Assembly: GCA_021793315.1 (NCBI GenBank)
Contig: JAJYSZ010000003.1
Span: 11,032-75,031 of the forward strand
DNA length: 64,000 bases
Reading direction: 5' to 3'
From: Bacillota bacterium
GTDB taxonomy: Bacteria > Bacillota > Sulfobacillia > JAJZYS01 > JAJYTV01
Positions 1-9,277 of the stretch are shown here, piece after piece; position 1 is the stretch's first letter; every line of letters begins with the position of its first letter. The notes beneath the pieces are model-generated. The model did not search any database. It had not been told where the DNA came from and was given only the letters and a program-made list of their open reading frames with translations. Made by a program: the position numbers and the translations under genes.

Positions 1-595
1 GCTCGTGCAGGAATAGCATCAGCAGGATCGCACTCAAAGCGGTCAGACCCGCGTCCACCAGGAAAAGGTTGCGCAGGCCCAGGTCCGAGGCGATGATTCC
101 GCCAAGGAGAGGGCCTGCGGCGATCGCGACCGAAGGGCCGGAACTCACCACCGCGATGGCGAGACCGACCCTCTGCGGCGGCGACACCTCGGATTGCAGG
201 GCGAGCATCACCCCGGTGTTGCCGAGCACGAAGCCGGAGAGGAAGCGCGCCAGGGCGAGCGCGTAGGGCGATCCGGCCCGGCTCGCGATCACGAACATCA
301 GCGCCTCGATCACGGCACTGCGCACGATGATCGGCTTGCGCCCGACTCTCTCGGCAAGCGGCCCCCAGAACGGCAGCAGAGGCAGCCCGAGGATGAACCC
401 GATCATGCCGAGAAAGCCCGTCCAGGCCGGAATCTGAGCCGGGGGAACGTGCAGCTGGCGCAGGTAGAGCGGCGTGAAGGCCTGAAAATGACCGAACGCG
501 AGCGACTCCGCCAGACCTGTGAAGACGAACAGGGCCATCATGAGACGCCAGTCCGTAGGGCGTGGTGCGCGCTTGTCGATCGAAGTGCTGGTCAA
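1..595 (-). CDS. MFS transporter (3' end runs off the window)
   Basis: Read manually on the minus strand. AGGAGG precedes TTG at 595. Translation MTSTSIDK...WGPLAERVGRKPII (MFS motif A-like)...LARFLSG...GPLLGG; hydrophobic helices throughout. Confidence 0.85.
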   Translation of the reverse strand, partial: MTSTSIDKRAPRPTDWRLMMALFVFTGLAESLAFGHFQAFTPLYLRQLHVPPAQIPAWTGFLGMIGFILGLPLLPFWGPLAERVGRKPIIVRSAVIEALMFVIASRAGSPYALALARFLSGFVLGNTGVMLALQSEVSPPQRVGLAIAVVSSGPSVAIAAGPLLGGIIASDLGLRNLFLVDAGLTALSAILLMLFLHE

Positions 596-791
596 TTGGG
601 TTGCCTCCTGGGGAACGCAAGGCCATTCGCGCACGGCCGGCGCGAATCCTGGCGACAGGCTGGTCCGGCGACCGTACGCAATCCTTGGGCGGCTATCGCG
701 ATTCCGCATGACATCGTTGCGATATCGCACATTGAAGAATGTACAATAGTGCTTGGTGCGAAGTACGCACGCCTTCTTTCAGGAGGGATCC

Positions 792-3104
792 ATGATGACG
801 ACGATCGAGTCGACCCCCGAGCTCGTTCGCGGCGTGTACCAGCGCACGGCGCAGAACCTCGCCGTGGTGCGACGCCGCCTGGGCGGCAAGCCGCTCAGCC
901 TCGCAGAAAAAGTGCTTCTGGGGCACCTTGAGGATCCATCGCGCCAGGAGCTTGAACCTGGCAAGAGTTATCTCGCCCTGCGCCCGGATCGCATCGCGAT
1001 GCAGGACGCAACGGCGCAGATGGCGCTTCTGCAATTCGCCCACGCTGGCCGCGCGCAGGCTGCCGTGCCGACCACGGTGCACTGCGACCATCTCATCACC
1101 GCCAGGGTGGGCGCTGAGCCCGACACCGAGGCGGCCGTCATTTCGAACCGCGAGGTCTACGAGTTCCTGCGCTCCGCGGCGCAGCGCTACGGACTCGGCT
1201 TCTGGGAGCCGGGCTCCGGGATCATCCACCAGGTCGTTTTGGAGAACTACGCCTTCCCCGGCGGCCTCATGATCGGCACCGACTCGCACACGCCCAATGC
1301 CGGGGGCCTTGGCATGCTCGCCAGCGGCGTGGGCGGCGCGGACGCCGTCGACGTGATGGCCGGCCTGCCTTGGGAAGTGCTGTACCCGCGTCGCGTGGGG
1401 GTGCGCCTGAAGGGCCGCATGAACGGCTGGACGGCGCCAAAGGACGTCATCCTGGCGGTGCTCGACAAGCTGACCGTCAAGGGCGGCACGAACAAGATCG
1501 TCGAGTACTTCGGCGAGGGCGCCGCCACGATCAGCTGCACCGGCAAGGCGACGATCACCAACATGGGCGCGGAACTCGGGGCGACCACCTCGGTTTTCCC
1601 GTTCGACGACCGCATGGCCGCCTATCTGCGCGCGACCGGCCGAGAGGAACTCGCGCAGCTCGCCGAGCAGAACAGGGATCTTCTGCAGGCCGATCCGGAG
1701 GTGCTCGACGAGCCGACGCGCTACTTCGACGAGCTCGTGGAGATCGATCTTTCGGCCCTGCAGCCGAACGTCACCGGCCCGCACACGCCGGACCTGGTGC
1801 GCCCGACTGGCGCCCTCAAGCAGGAGGCCGAATCCGGCGCCTTCCCGCACCTGTTGTCGGCCGCGCTGATCGGCAGCTGCACCAACTCATCCTACGAGGA
1901 CCTGACCCGCGCCGCCGATGTGGCGCGCCAGGCGATCGCGCACGGCATGAAGATGCCGGTCCCGTTCCTCGTGACGCCAGGTTCTGAGCAGGTGCGTCGC
2001 ACGGTGGAACGCGACGGTCTGCTGGACGTGTTCGCGGCGATCGGCGGCAAGGTTCTCGCCAACGCCTGCGGACCGTGCATTGGTCAGTGGCAGCGCGACG
2101 AGGTGGAGAACGCCGAAGGCAGCCAGGGCAAGGTCGCGGGCAGCGAGAAGCCCAAGAACTCCATCATCACTTCGTACAACCGCAACTTCCCGGCGCGCAA
2201 CGACGGCAACCCGAACACCTTCTCCTTCATCGCCAGCCCGGAGGTGGTCGTGGCCTACGGCCTCGCCGGCCGGTTGGACTTCAACCCCTTGGCGGACAGC
2301 CTCGAAGGGGCGAACGGCGAGAAGTTCCGCCTCGAGCCGCCCGCCGCGGCGCCAGACGTGCCGAAGGAAGGTTTCGTGCGTTCGCGCAAGGGCTTCGTCG
2401 AGCCTGCCGCAACGGCTGACGCGGTGTCCCTGGCCGTCGATCCGGCCTCGGACCGCCTGCAGCTGCTGGAGCCGTTTGCGCCGTGGGACGGCAAGGACTA
2501 CCTCGACCTGCCGCTGCTGTTCAAGGCCAAGGGCAAGTGCACCACCGACCACATCTCGCCCGCCGGCCCGTGGCTGCGGTTCCGCGGCCACCTCGACCAC
2601 ATCAGCGACAACATGTTCCTCGGGGCGCTGAACGCGTTCACGGGGAAGAACGGGTCGGGCATCTCGCAGCTGACCGGCAAGGAGGAGCCGCTCAGCAGCA
2701 TTGCCCGGGACTACAAGAAGCACGGCCTGAGGTGGGCCGTGGTAGCCGACGAGAATTACGGCGAAGGGTCGTCGCGCGAGCACGCGGCGATGTCGCCGCG
2801 CTACCTTGGTGCTGCCGCGGTGATCGCGCGCAGCTTCGCCCGCATCCACGAGTCCAACCTGAAGAAGCAGGGCATCCTGCCGTTCACTTTCGTACACGCC
2901 GAGGATTACGACCTGGTCCGCCAAGGCGACCGGGTAAGCGTCCTCGGGCTGCAGGATCTGGCGCCCGGCCGCTCGGCGAGAGCCGTCTTCACCCACGAGG
3001 ACGGTAGCCGCGACGAAGTGGAGATTCGCCACAGCCTGAGCCAGGAGCAGATCGAGTGGTTCCACGCGGGCTCCGCCCTCAACCTGATCGCACAGTCCGC
3101 CTGA
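792..3104 (+). CDS. acnA: Aconitate hydratase (mitochondrial-like type)
   Basis: Motifs RPDRIAMQDATAQMALLQF, HCDH, GTDSHT, IGSCTNSSYED, NACGPCIGQW, KCTTDHIS, GEGSSREHAA. AGGAGG precedes ATG at 792. Confidence 0.95.
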   Translation: MMTTIESTPELVRGVYQRTAQNLAVVRRRLGGKPLSLAEKVLLGHLEDPSRQELEPGKSYLALRPDRIAMQDATAQMALLQFAHAGRAQAAVPTTVHCDHLITARVGAEPDTEAAVISNREVYEFLRSAAQRYGLGFWEPGSGIIHQVVLENYAFPGGLMIGTDSHTPNAGGLGMLASGVGGADAVDVMAGLPWEVLYPRRVGVRLKGRMNGWTAPKDVILAVLDKLTVKGGTNKIVEYFGEGAATISCTGKATITNMGAELGATTSVFPFDDRMAAYLRATGREELAQLAEQNRDLLQADPEVLDEPTRYFDELVEIDLSALQPNVTGPHTPDLVRPTGALKQEAESGAFPHLLSAALIGSCTNSSYEDLTRAADVARQAIAHGMKMPVPFLVTPGSEQVRRTVERDGLLDVFAAIGGKVLANACGPCIGQWQRDEVENAEGSQGKVAGSEKPKNSIITSYNRNFPARNDGNPNTFSFIASPEVVVAYGLAGRLDFNPLADSLEGANGEKFRLEPPAAAPDVPKEGFVRSRKGFVEPAATADAVSLAVDPASDRLQLLEPFAPWDGKDYLDLPLLFKAKGKCTTDHISPAGPWLRFRGHLDHISDNMFLGALNAFTGKNGSGISQLTGKEEPLSSIARDYKKHGLRWAVVADENYGEGSSREHAAMSPRYLGAAAVIARSFARIHESNLKKQGILPFTFVHAEDYDLVRQGDRVSVLGLQDLAPGRSARAVFTHEDGSRDEVEIRHSLSQEQIEWFHAGSALNLIAQSA

Positions 3105-3225
3105 ACCAGGATCAGCGAGTCCGCCGCGCATCGCGCGGCGGACTCGCTGTGCTCCCGGCCGTCGCGTGCGTGCGGTATGATACCGTCATGCACACTTCGA
3201 CAGGTTTCGCGCAGGGCTGGTTGTC

Positions 3226-3960
3226 ATGACGGACGCCACCGCGCCTGAGGTCGCCTTGCGGCCAAGCGGCTGGCGCCTTTTCTTCATGCTGTTCTGCTCT
3301 TACTTTGGGGCGCAGGTTGTGGCGGCCCTTGCCCTGATGCTGCTGGCGGGCTTCCCGACGTCGCTCGCCGGCATCCGCGCCGTCGCTGGCATCGCCCAGT
3401 CCGGAACCCAACTTGCCATCACCTCCAGCCTGGGCGAGATCTCGATCTTCGCCATCGCCTGGCTCTTCATGCATCGGCGAATGACCGTGCGCGCGGCCGG
3501 GCTCGACCGCCCGCGCATCCGCTATCTCGGGGACGGCGTGGTGCTGTTCCTGTTCGTTCTGCTCGCATCGATCGTGTTCGGACTCCTGCTGCACACTGGC
3601 GACGTGCGCAGTCAGCTCACCGTGGCACAGGATCTGCACGGCTGGTGGGAGGGGCCGCTGATCGCGATATCGGCGGGCTTTGCGGAAGAAGTCACCTTCC
3701 GCGGTTACCTGCTGACGGGTCTTCGGCGCATGTGGCCAAACGCCACGTGGCTAGCTGTGCTGCTGTCCAGCGTGGGCTTCGCCTTGGCGCACGTCGCGTG
3801 GGGCCTGCAGCCTCTGCAGTTCGTGTTCTATGTCGCCCTCGGCGTGTTGCTTGCGATTGGCGTATTAAGAACACATAGCGTCTGGCCGGCGATCGTGGCA
3901 CATGCCGGCTGGGACGCTCTGGCGTTTTTGCTCTTGGTGGCGAAGACGAAGGGAATCTAG
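3226..3960 (+). CDS. CPBP (Abi/CAAX) family intramembrane metalloprotease
   Basis: EExxFR motif (AEEVTFRG), FALAH and AHAGWD motifs; multiple TM helices. Confidence 0.9.
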   Translation: MTDATAPEVALRPSGWRLFFMLFCSYFGAQVVAALALMLLAGFPTSLAGIRAVAGIAQSGTQLAITSSLGEISIFAIAWLFMHRRMTVRAAGLDRPRIRYLGDGVVLFLFVLLASIVFGLLLHTGDVRSQLTVAQDLHGWWEGPLIAISAGFAEEVTFRGYLLTGLRRMWPNATWLAVLLSSVGFALAHVAWGLQPLQFVFYVALGVLLAIGVLRTHSVWPAIVAHAGWDALAFLLLVAKTKGI

Positions 3961-4337
3961 GTCAGGCGGACGGCACCTTCCGCCCCGGCGCCCTGACATA
4001 CGGGGTGCGAGGGTTCCCGGCCAGGGCGAAGGTGTGCCGTCGCCCAGCGGTCGATGGCCGAAATCACGTCCTGCAGTTCGTGCCCAGCCGGTGTCAGGTG
4101 GTAGAGGGTGCGCGGCGGCATGACGGACTGGACTTCCTTGTGCACGACGCCGATGTCGCAGAGCCGGTCGAGGCGCTGGGCCAAGGTGGCTGGATTGCAA
4201 CCTCCGACGGAACGCGACAGGTCATTGAAGCCACGCGGTCCCTCGAGCAGGCTGCGCACGATGTGCAAGACCCACTTCTCCTGAAGGACCTGAATGGCTT
4301 CGTGTACAGGACAAAATTCGTGTTCCACCGAGATCAT
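3957..4337 (-). CDS. HxlR-family winged-helix transcriptional regulator
   Basis: C-terminal part of ORF 3957..4931: FCPVHEAIQVLQEKW...GPRGFNDL...LAQRL...PPRTLYHLT. Divergent from a YceI gene. Confidence 0.9.
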   Translation of the reverse strand: MISVEHEFCPVHEAIQVLQEKWVLHIVRSLLEGPRGFNDLSRSVGGCNPATLAQRLDRLCDIGVVHKEVQSVMPPRTLYHLTPAGHELQDVISAIDRWATAHLRPGREPSHPVCQGAGAEGAVRLT

Positions 4338-4421
4338 CTCCAGTTCCACTATACTTGACAATTCGAAGCGCTTCAAGATACGATGTGCGCGAGGAAGGAT
4401 CCAGCAAGAGGAGGAGCCAAC

Positions 4422-4943
4422 ATGGAGTGGCAGCTTGACGCGTCCCATACCAGTGCAAGTTTTTCGGTGCGTCACATGATGATCGCAACGGTGCGCGGGC
4501 ACTTCGACCAGGCGAGCGGGTCCGCGGACGTCGAGGACGGCAAGATCCGGTCCGCCAAGGTGGACATCGCGACGGGATCGGTTGCCACCAGGGACGCCGG
4601 GCGCGACCAGCACCTCAAGTCTGCGGATTTCTTCGACATCGAGAACCACCCGCACCTGCATTTTGAGACCAGCAATGTGGAGCATGTCGACGGCGATAAG
4701 TACCGCATTGAGGGTAATCTTACGATCCGCGGCGTCACGCGCCCGATCACCCTGGAGGCTGAGATCACGCCGGTAGTCAAGGACCCCTGGGGCAACGACC
4801 GCCTCGGCGTCTCCGCGACCGGCCAGCTGAACCGCAAGGAGTTCAACCTCAACTGGAACGTGGCCCTCGAGGCCGGCGGCGTTCTCGTGGGTGAGCAGGT
4901 AAAGATCGAAGTGGACGCCGAGTTCACGCACGCACCCAACTGA
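4422..4943 (+). CDS. YceI family protein
   Basis: WQLDASHTSASFSVRHMMIATVRGHF, RDQHLKSADFFD, DPWGN. GAGGAG ribosome-binding site. Confidence 0.95.
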   Translation: MEWQLDASHTSASFSVRHMMIATVRGHFDQASGSADVEDGKIRSAKVDIATGSVATRDAGRDQHLKSADFFDIENHPHLHFETSNVEHVDGDKYRIEGNLTIRGVTRPITLEAEITPVVKDPWGNDRLGVSATGQLNRKEFNLNWNVALEAGGVLVGEQVKIEVDAEFTHAPN

Positions 4944-4955
4944 AACTAAGCGGAG

Positions 4956-4985
4956 AAGGTGCCCTGGACTAGTCCAGGGCCTTTC
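4956..4985. terminator. Probable intrinsic terminator after the YceI gene
   Basis: Perfect 20-bp palindrome gccctggactagtccagggc at 4961-4980, followed by ctttcc. Confidence 0.6.
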
Positions 4986-5431
4986 CCTGTGCGCCCGGCA
5001 TGGGTAAATGACCCGCGTGGGGTGTGGGGCGCAGGGAAGGAGATGCGCACCAAGCTGCGGGCACCCCGCGCCCTTGGCCCTACTGAACGGCTGGCGAGGG
5101 AGTTTGCGTCTTGCGCCGAAGAGCCCTCGGGCAGGAGGACGCGGGCGCCATGTCCTCCTGCCCGATTGGGCAAACGGCCAGAGGCGGTGTCCTGCGCTTT
5201 TTCATGCGCCACCGTTAATGCCTTGGGCCCATGCGCCGGCAGCACCTTTGCTCTTGCCGGGACCGATGCGGATGACGCTGCCGTTCGCGAGCGAAAGTAG
5301 AAGATGCGCGCGTACGAAAGGTTGCCGCCTCGTGTGACTCCCAGACGCCATCCCGAGAGCCGCCCGCCAGCGGGGTCCTTGGGACGGACGTGGCGAGCGT
5401 GCGCTGCGGCGGGGGGGGCGATGATGGGATC

Positions 5432-6460
5432 ATGTCCCTGCGCATATGGAACCCGGCCGTCTTCCAGGGGCATCTGCCCCCGCACGGCCGCTACTTCGAA
5501 GGCTGGTACTTCAAGCTCGTCTCCAGCGACCGGAGCACGGCGCTCGCTGTGATTCCCGGCGTGGCATGGGACGAAAGGGGCCCCACGGACGGCCATGGCT
5601 TCGTGCAGGTGATCGACGGGCGCACCACCCAATCGGCGTTCGTCAGCTATCCGCTCGCGGAATGCAGCTTCTCCCGTAGACGGTTCGACGTGCGCGTAGG
5701 ACCAAACCGGTTCAGCCTGAGCGGTCTCCACCTCGATATCGACGACCGACAGCTGCGCCTGCAAGGGCGCCTGGAGTTCTCGGAGCCCGTTCCCTATCCC
5801 GTGCGGCTTCTCTCGCCGGGCGTGATGGGTCCGTACACCTTCGTACCTTTCATGGAGTGCTATCACGGCCTGGTGTCGATGCACCACGCCTTGAAAGGCG
5901 CGGCAGACGTAGCCTGGGGCGATTCCGGCGACCCAGGACGGCGGGTGGCCATGGATGGAGGTTCCGGATATATCGAGAAGGACTGGGGGCGATCCTTCCC
6001 CTCCTCCTGGGTCTGGTTGCAGTCCAACCACTTCGACGGTCAGAAAGCAGGCTTCATGCTGTCGGTGGCGCGCATCCCATGGATCCGCAGGCACTTTACC
6101 GGCTTCATGGCGGTTGTCTGGGTGGACGGCCGATTTCACACCTTTGCTACCTACACCGGGGCACGCTTGACTGCCATCGCGCAGACGGCGGAACATCTCG
6201 AGGTCGAGATCGAGGGCAACGCCCATCGCCTGCGCGTGCGAGCGCACCGGGCTAGGCACGGCACTCTGCGCGCTCCGGTCGAGGGCCGAATGGAGCGGCG
6301 CATCGCCGAGAGCATGGACGCAATTGTGGAGGTCTCCCTACGGACGCGCCGAGGGACGCCGCTCTTCGAAGGAGTGGGCCGGATGGGCGGCCTCGAGGTT
6401 GCGGGCGACGTGGGGGAGCTTTGCGCGGGAGCCGGTCTGCCGGACCCGGGCCTCCCGTGA
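5432..6460 (+). CDS. Tocopherol cyclase family protein
   Basis: YFEGWYFKL, GVMGPYTFVPFMECYHG, GYIEKDWGRSFPSSWVWLQSN. Confidence 0.85.
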   Translation: MSLRIWNPAVFQGHLPPHGRYFEGWYFKLVSSDRSTALAVIPGVAWDERGPTDGHGFVQVIDGRTTQSAFVSYPLAECSFSRRRFDVRVGPNRFSLSGLHLDIDDRQLRLQGRLEFSEPVPYPVRLLSPGVMGPYTFVPFMECYHGLVSMHHALKGAADVAWGDSGDPGRRVAMDGGSGYIEKDWGRSFPSSWVWLQSNHFDGQKAGFMLSVARIPWIRRHFTGFMAVVWVDGRFHTFATYTGARLTAIAQTAEHLEVEIEGNAHRLRVRAHRARHGTLRAPVEGRMERRIAESMDAIVEVSLRTRRGTPLFEGVGRMGGLEVAGDVGELCAGAGLPDPGLP

Positions 6461-6629
6461 GGTCGGAAGAGGGCGTGCGCCTCAGGCAGGCAGGGTCCTG
6501 CCCGCGGGTCGCCGTACGAGCAGGCGGGCGAGCGAGTCGAAGCCTGCGATCGCAAGGTTGCCGAGGAGGCGGAGCGCGCAAAATTCCGCCAACATCCGCC
6601 CGAGAGTTAGACCGCCACGCCGGGAACGA

Positions 6630-9047
6630 TCAGCGGGTGACGATGCTGAGCAGACGGTCGGGCACGTGCACGAAGCGCAGGGAGGCGCCATCGGGCAGAA
6701 ACCGCCGGACGGCATCGCTGTGCAAGGCGGCTTCGCGCACGGCGGCCTCGTCGAGGCCAGCGGGCAGTTGCAAACGCTCCCGCAGCTTGCCGTCCACCTG
6801 GACGACCAACGTGACCGTCTTGGCTACCAGAACGTCGGCGTCGTAAGTCGGCCAGGCCGCCTGGTGCACCGAGTAGGACTGTCCGAGTGCCTGCCAGAGT
6901 TCTTCGGTCAGGTGGGGAGCGAAAGGCGCCAGCAGCAGGACGAGGGTTTGCAGGTCCTCCCGCGCCACGCTGCTCGCGCGCTGGAGACCGTTCAGGTATT
7001 CCATCAGAGCCGCCAGCGCGGTGTTGTACTTGAGCCCTTCGACGTCCTCGGTGACTCGCCGGATCGTCTGGTGACGGAGCCGCACGACATCCGGCGACGC
7101 TGCGGAGGCGCTCTGGCCTGCGTTCTTGCGCACCAGGTGGTAGACCCGGTTGAGGAAGCGGTAGATTCCCTCGATGCCCTGGTCCGAGAAGTCGCCGCCT
7201 TCCTCGTAGGGGCCCATGAACATCAGGTAGGAGCGCAACGTATCGGCGCCGTAGCGGTCGAAGAACTCGTCAGGGTTCACGACGTTGCCCCTGGACTTCG
7301 ACATCTTGGTGCCGCCGCGCACGATCACGCCGTGGGCGCGGAAGCGCTCGAACGGCTCCTCGAAGTCGAGGTAGCCGAGGTCGTGCAGCGCCATGCAGAC
7401 AAAGCGCGTGTACAGGAGATGCAGAACCGCATGCTCCTTGCCGCCGATGTAGCTGTCCACCGGCAGCCACTTGCGCGTCAGATCCGGATCGAACGCATGC
7501 TCCTCGTCGTGGCTCGACGGATAGCGCAGGAAGTACCACGCGGAGTCGAGGAAGTTGTCCGACACGTCGGTCTCGCGTCGTGCCGGTCCGTGGCAGCTTG
7601 GGCAGGTCGTCTCCACGAAGGAGGGGATGGCCGCCAGGGGACTCTCTCCCGTGCCCTTGGGCACGAAGTCCTGAACGTCCGGCAGCAGGACGGGGAGCTC
7701 CTCCTCTGGTACCCCGACGGTGCCGCACCGGTCGCAGTATACGACCGGAATCGGCGGGCCCCAGTAGCGCTGACGCGAGATCAGCCAGTTGCGCAGGTGG
7801 TAGGTGCGGTGGCGCTGCCCGATGCCGCGCTCCTCTGCGAGGCGGATTGCCGCCTCCTTCGCCTCGGCCGTCGGGAGGCCGTCGAAGGGGCCTGAAGCGA
7901 TCGCCGTGCCGGTATCCTCGTATGCCGCGGTGAGCGTGCTCCGGTCCCCGTCTGGTCCCGCCACGACGCGGACGATCGGCAGCCCGTACTTGGTGGCGAA
8001 GTCGAAGTCGCGCGCGTCGTGCCCGGGTACGGCCATGATGGCGCCGGTGCCGTAGCCGTAGAGCACGTAGTCGGCGATGTAGATCGGGATCTGCTTGCCG
8101 TTGAAGGGATTGACGGCGTAGCCGCCGGTGAAGACGCCGGTCTTGTCCTGTCCGCCGACGCGGTCTTCCTGGCTGCGCTCGGCAGCCTGGCGCACGTAGG
8201 CCTCAACCTCGGCCTCCGTCTCAGGCGTCTTCAGATCCCCTACGAGCGGGTGCTCGGGCGCCAGCACAAGGAAGGTGGCGCCGAAGGCAGTGTCAGGCCG
8301 CGTGGTGAAGACGGAGATCGCCTTCGCCTGGTCCTTGACGAGCGCAAAGCGGAGCTCCGCCCCGTCGCTGCGCCCGATCCAGTTGCGCTGCGCCGTCTTG
8401 ATCACGTCCGACCAGTCCAGGTGGTCGAGGTTGTCCAAAAGCCGGTCGGCGTAGCGCGTGATGTCGAAGAACCACTGCTCGAGCTCGCGCTGCCCGACCT
8501 CGCTGTCGCAGCGCTCGCAGCGGCCGCTGATCACCTGTTCGTTCGCCAGCACCGTCTTGCAGGACGGACACCAGTTGACAGGGGCCTTGCGCCGCTGCGC
8601 CAGGCCCGCCTTGAAGAACTGGAGGAAGATCCACTGCGTCCAGCGGTAGTAGTCCGGGTCCGTGGTCTCGACCGCGTGCGACCAGGCGAAGCGTCCGCCC
8701 AGTCGGGTGAGCTGCTCGCGGAAGTGACGGACGTTGCCGGCAATCAGGGTCTTCGGGTGAATGCCCCGCTTGATGGCGAAGTTCTCGGAGTGGATGCCGA
8801 AGGCGTCGAAGCCCATCGGCTCGAAGACGTCCTTGCCGCGCATGGCCTGGTAGCGGCCATGGATATCCGCACCGGTGAAGGCGTACACGTTGCCGACGTG
8901 CAGGCCCTCGGCGGATGGGTAGGGGAACATCATCAGGTTGTAGTACGGCTGCTTGGCGTGCGCCAGGTCCACCTCATAGATGCCCGTCTCCTGCCAGCGC
9001 TGCTGCCACTTGCGTTCGATGGCTGTCGGGTCGTAGGTCGTATTCAT
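6630..9047 (-). CDS. leuS: Leucine--tRNA ligase
   Basis: MFPYPSAEGLHVGN (HIGH-like), FTTRPDT and GTGAIMAVPGHD editing domain, SRQRYWG, KMSKS. AGGAGG precedes ATG at 9047. Confidence 0.97.
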   Translation of the reverse strand: MNTTYDPTAIERKWQQRWQETGIYEVDLAHAKQPYYNLMMFPYPSAEGLHVGNVYAFTGADIHGRYQAMRGKDVFEPMGFDAFGIHSENFAIKRGIHPKTLIAGNVRHFREQLTRLGGRFAWSHAVETTDPDYYRWTQWIFLQFFKAGLAQRRKAPVNWCPSCKTVLANEQVISGRCERCDSEVGQRELEQWFFDITRYADRLLDNLDHLDWSDVIKTAQRNWIGRSDGAELRFALVKDQAKAISVFTTRPDTAFGATFLVLAPEHPLVGDLKTPETEAEVEAYVRQAAERSQEDRVGGQDKTGVFTGGYAVNPFNGKQIPIYIADYVLYGYGTGAIMAVPGHDARDFDFATKYGLPIVRVVAGPDGDRSTLTAAYEDTGTAIASGPFDGLPTAEAKEAAIRLAEERGIGQRHRTYHLRNWLISRQRYWGPPIPVVYCDRCGTVGVPEEELPVLLPDVQDFVPKGTGESPLAAIPSFVETTCPSCHGPARRETDVSDNFLDSAWYFLRYPSSHDEEHAFDPDLTRKWLPVDSYIGGKEHAVLHLLYTRFVCMALHDLGYLDFEEPFERFRAHGVIVRGGTKMSKSRGNVVNPDEFFDRYGADTLRSYLMFMGPYEEGGDFSDQGIEGIYRFLNRVYHLVRKNAGQSASAASPDVVRLRHQTIRRVTEDVEGLKYNTALAALMEYLNGLQRASSVAREDLQTLVLLLAPFAPHLTEELWQALGQSYSVHQAAWPTYDADVLVAKTVTLVVQVDGKLRERLQLPAGLDEAAVREAALHSDAVRRFLPDGASLRFVHVPDRLLSIVTR

Positions 9048-9059
9048 GACCGGCCTCCT

Positions 9060-9235
9060 GCCAGGAAATCGACGCCTTTCGCCTCCGAGCGAGGCGAAAG
9101 GCGCCCATTGCGCTTTCCCACCGGTTCGCGGCGCTTGCCCATAGTCCCTTCCCGGGTGGCAGGCCAGCGATGTGAAGATCCCTGCCGGGAGAGTGCCCTC
9201 CTCGGCAGGGGCCTTCAAGTGCGGCGCGCTCGGGC
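9060..9235 (-). promoter_or_regulatory. Structured leuS leader, possible non-canonical T-box/attenuator
   Basis: Minus strand has stem GAAG-CCCTGCCG...CGGCAGGG-CTTC, then GGTGGGAAAGCG (T-box-like, lacking the canonical ACC), then strong hairpin GCGCCTTTCGCCTC...GAGGCGAAAGGCGT just before the RBS. Confidence 0.4.
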
Positions 9236-9277
9236 GTTGCCGCCATTCTATGCTTGCCTGAAGACGGGGTCAAGGAG

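Noticed and set aside
693-3131. Long antisense or alternate-frame ORFs (e.g. 693..1850, 1887..3131, also 6324..7895, 21899..23764, 34031..35845, 56611..59673)
   Set aside because: They shadow well-supported genes. Long stop-free frames are expected at this GC content, and they carry no recognisable motifs.
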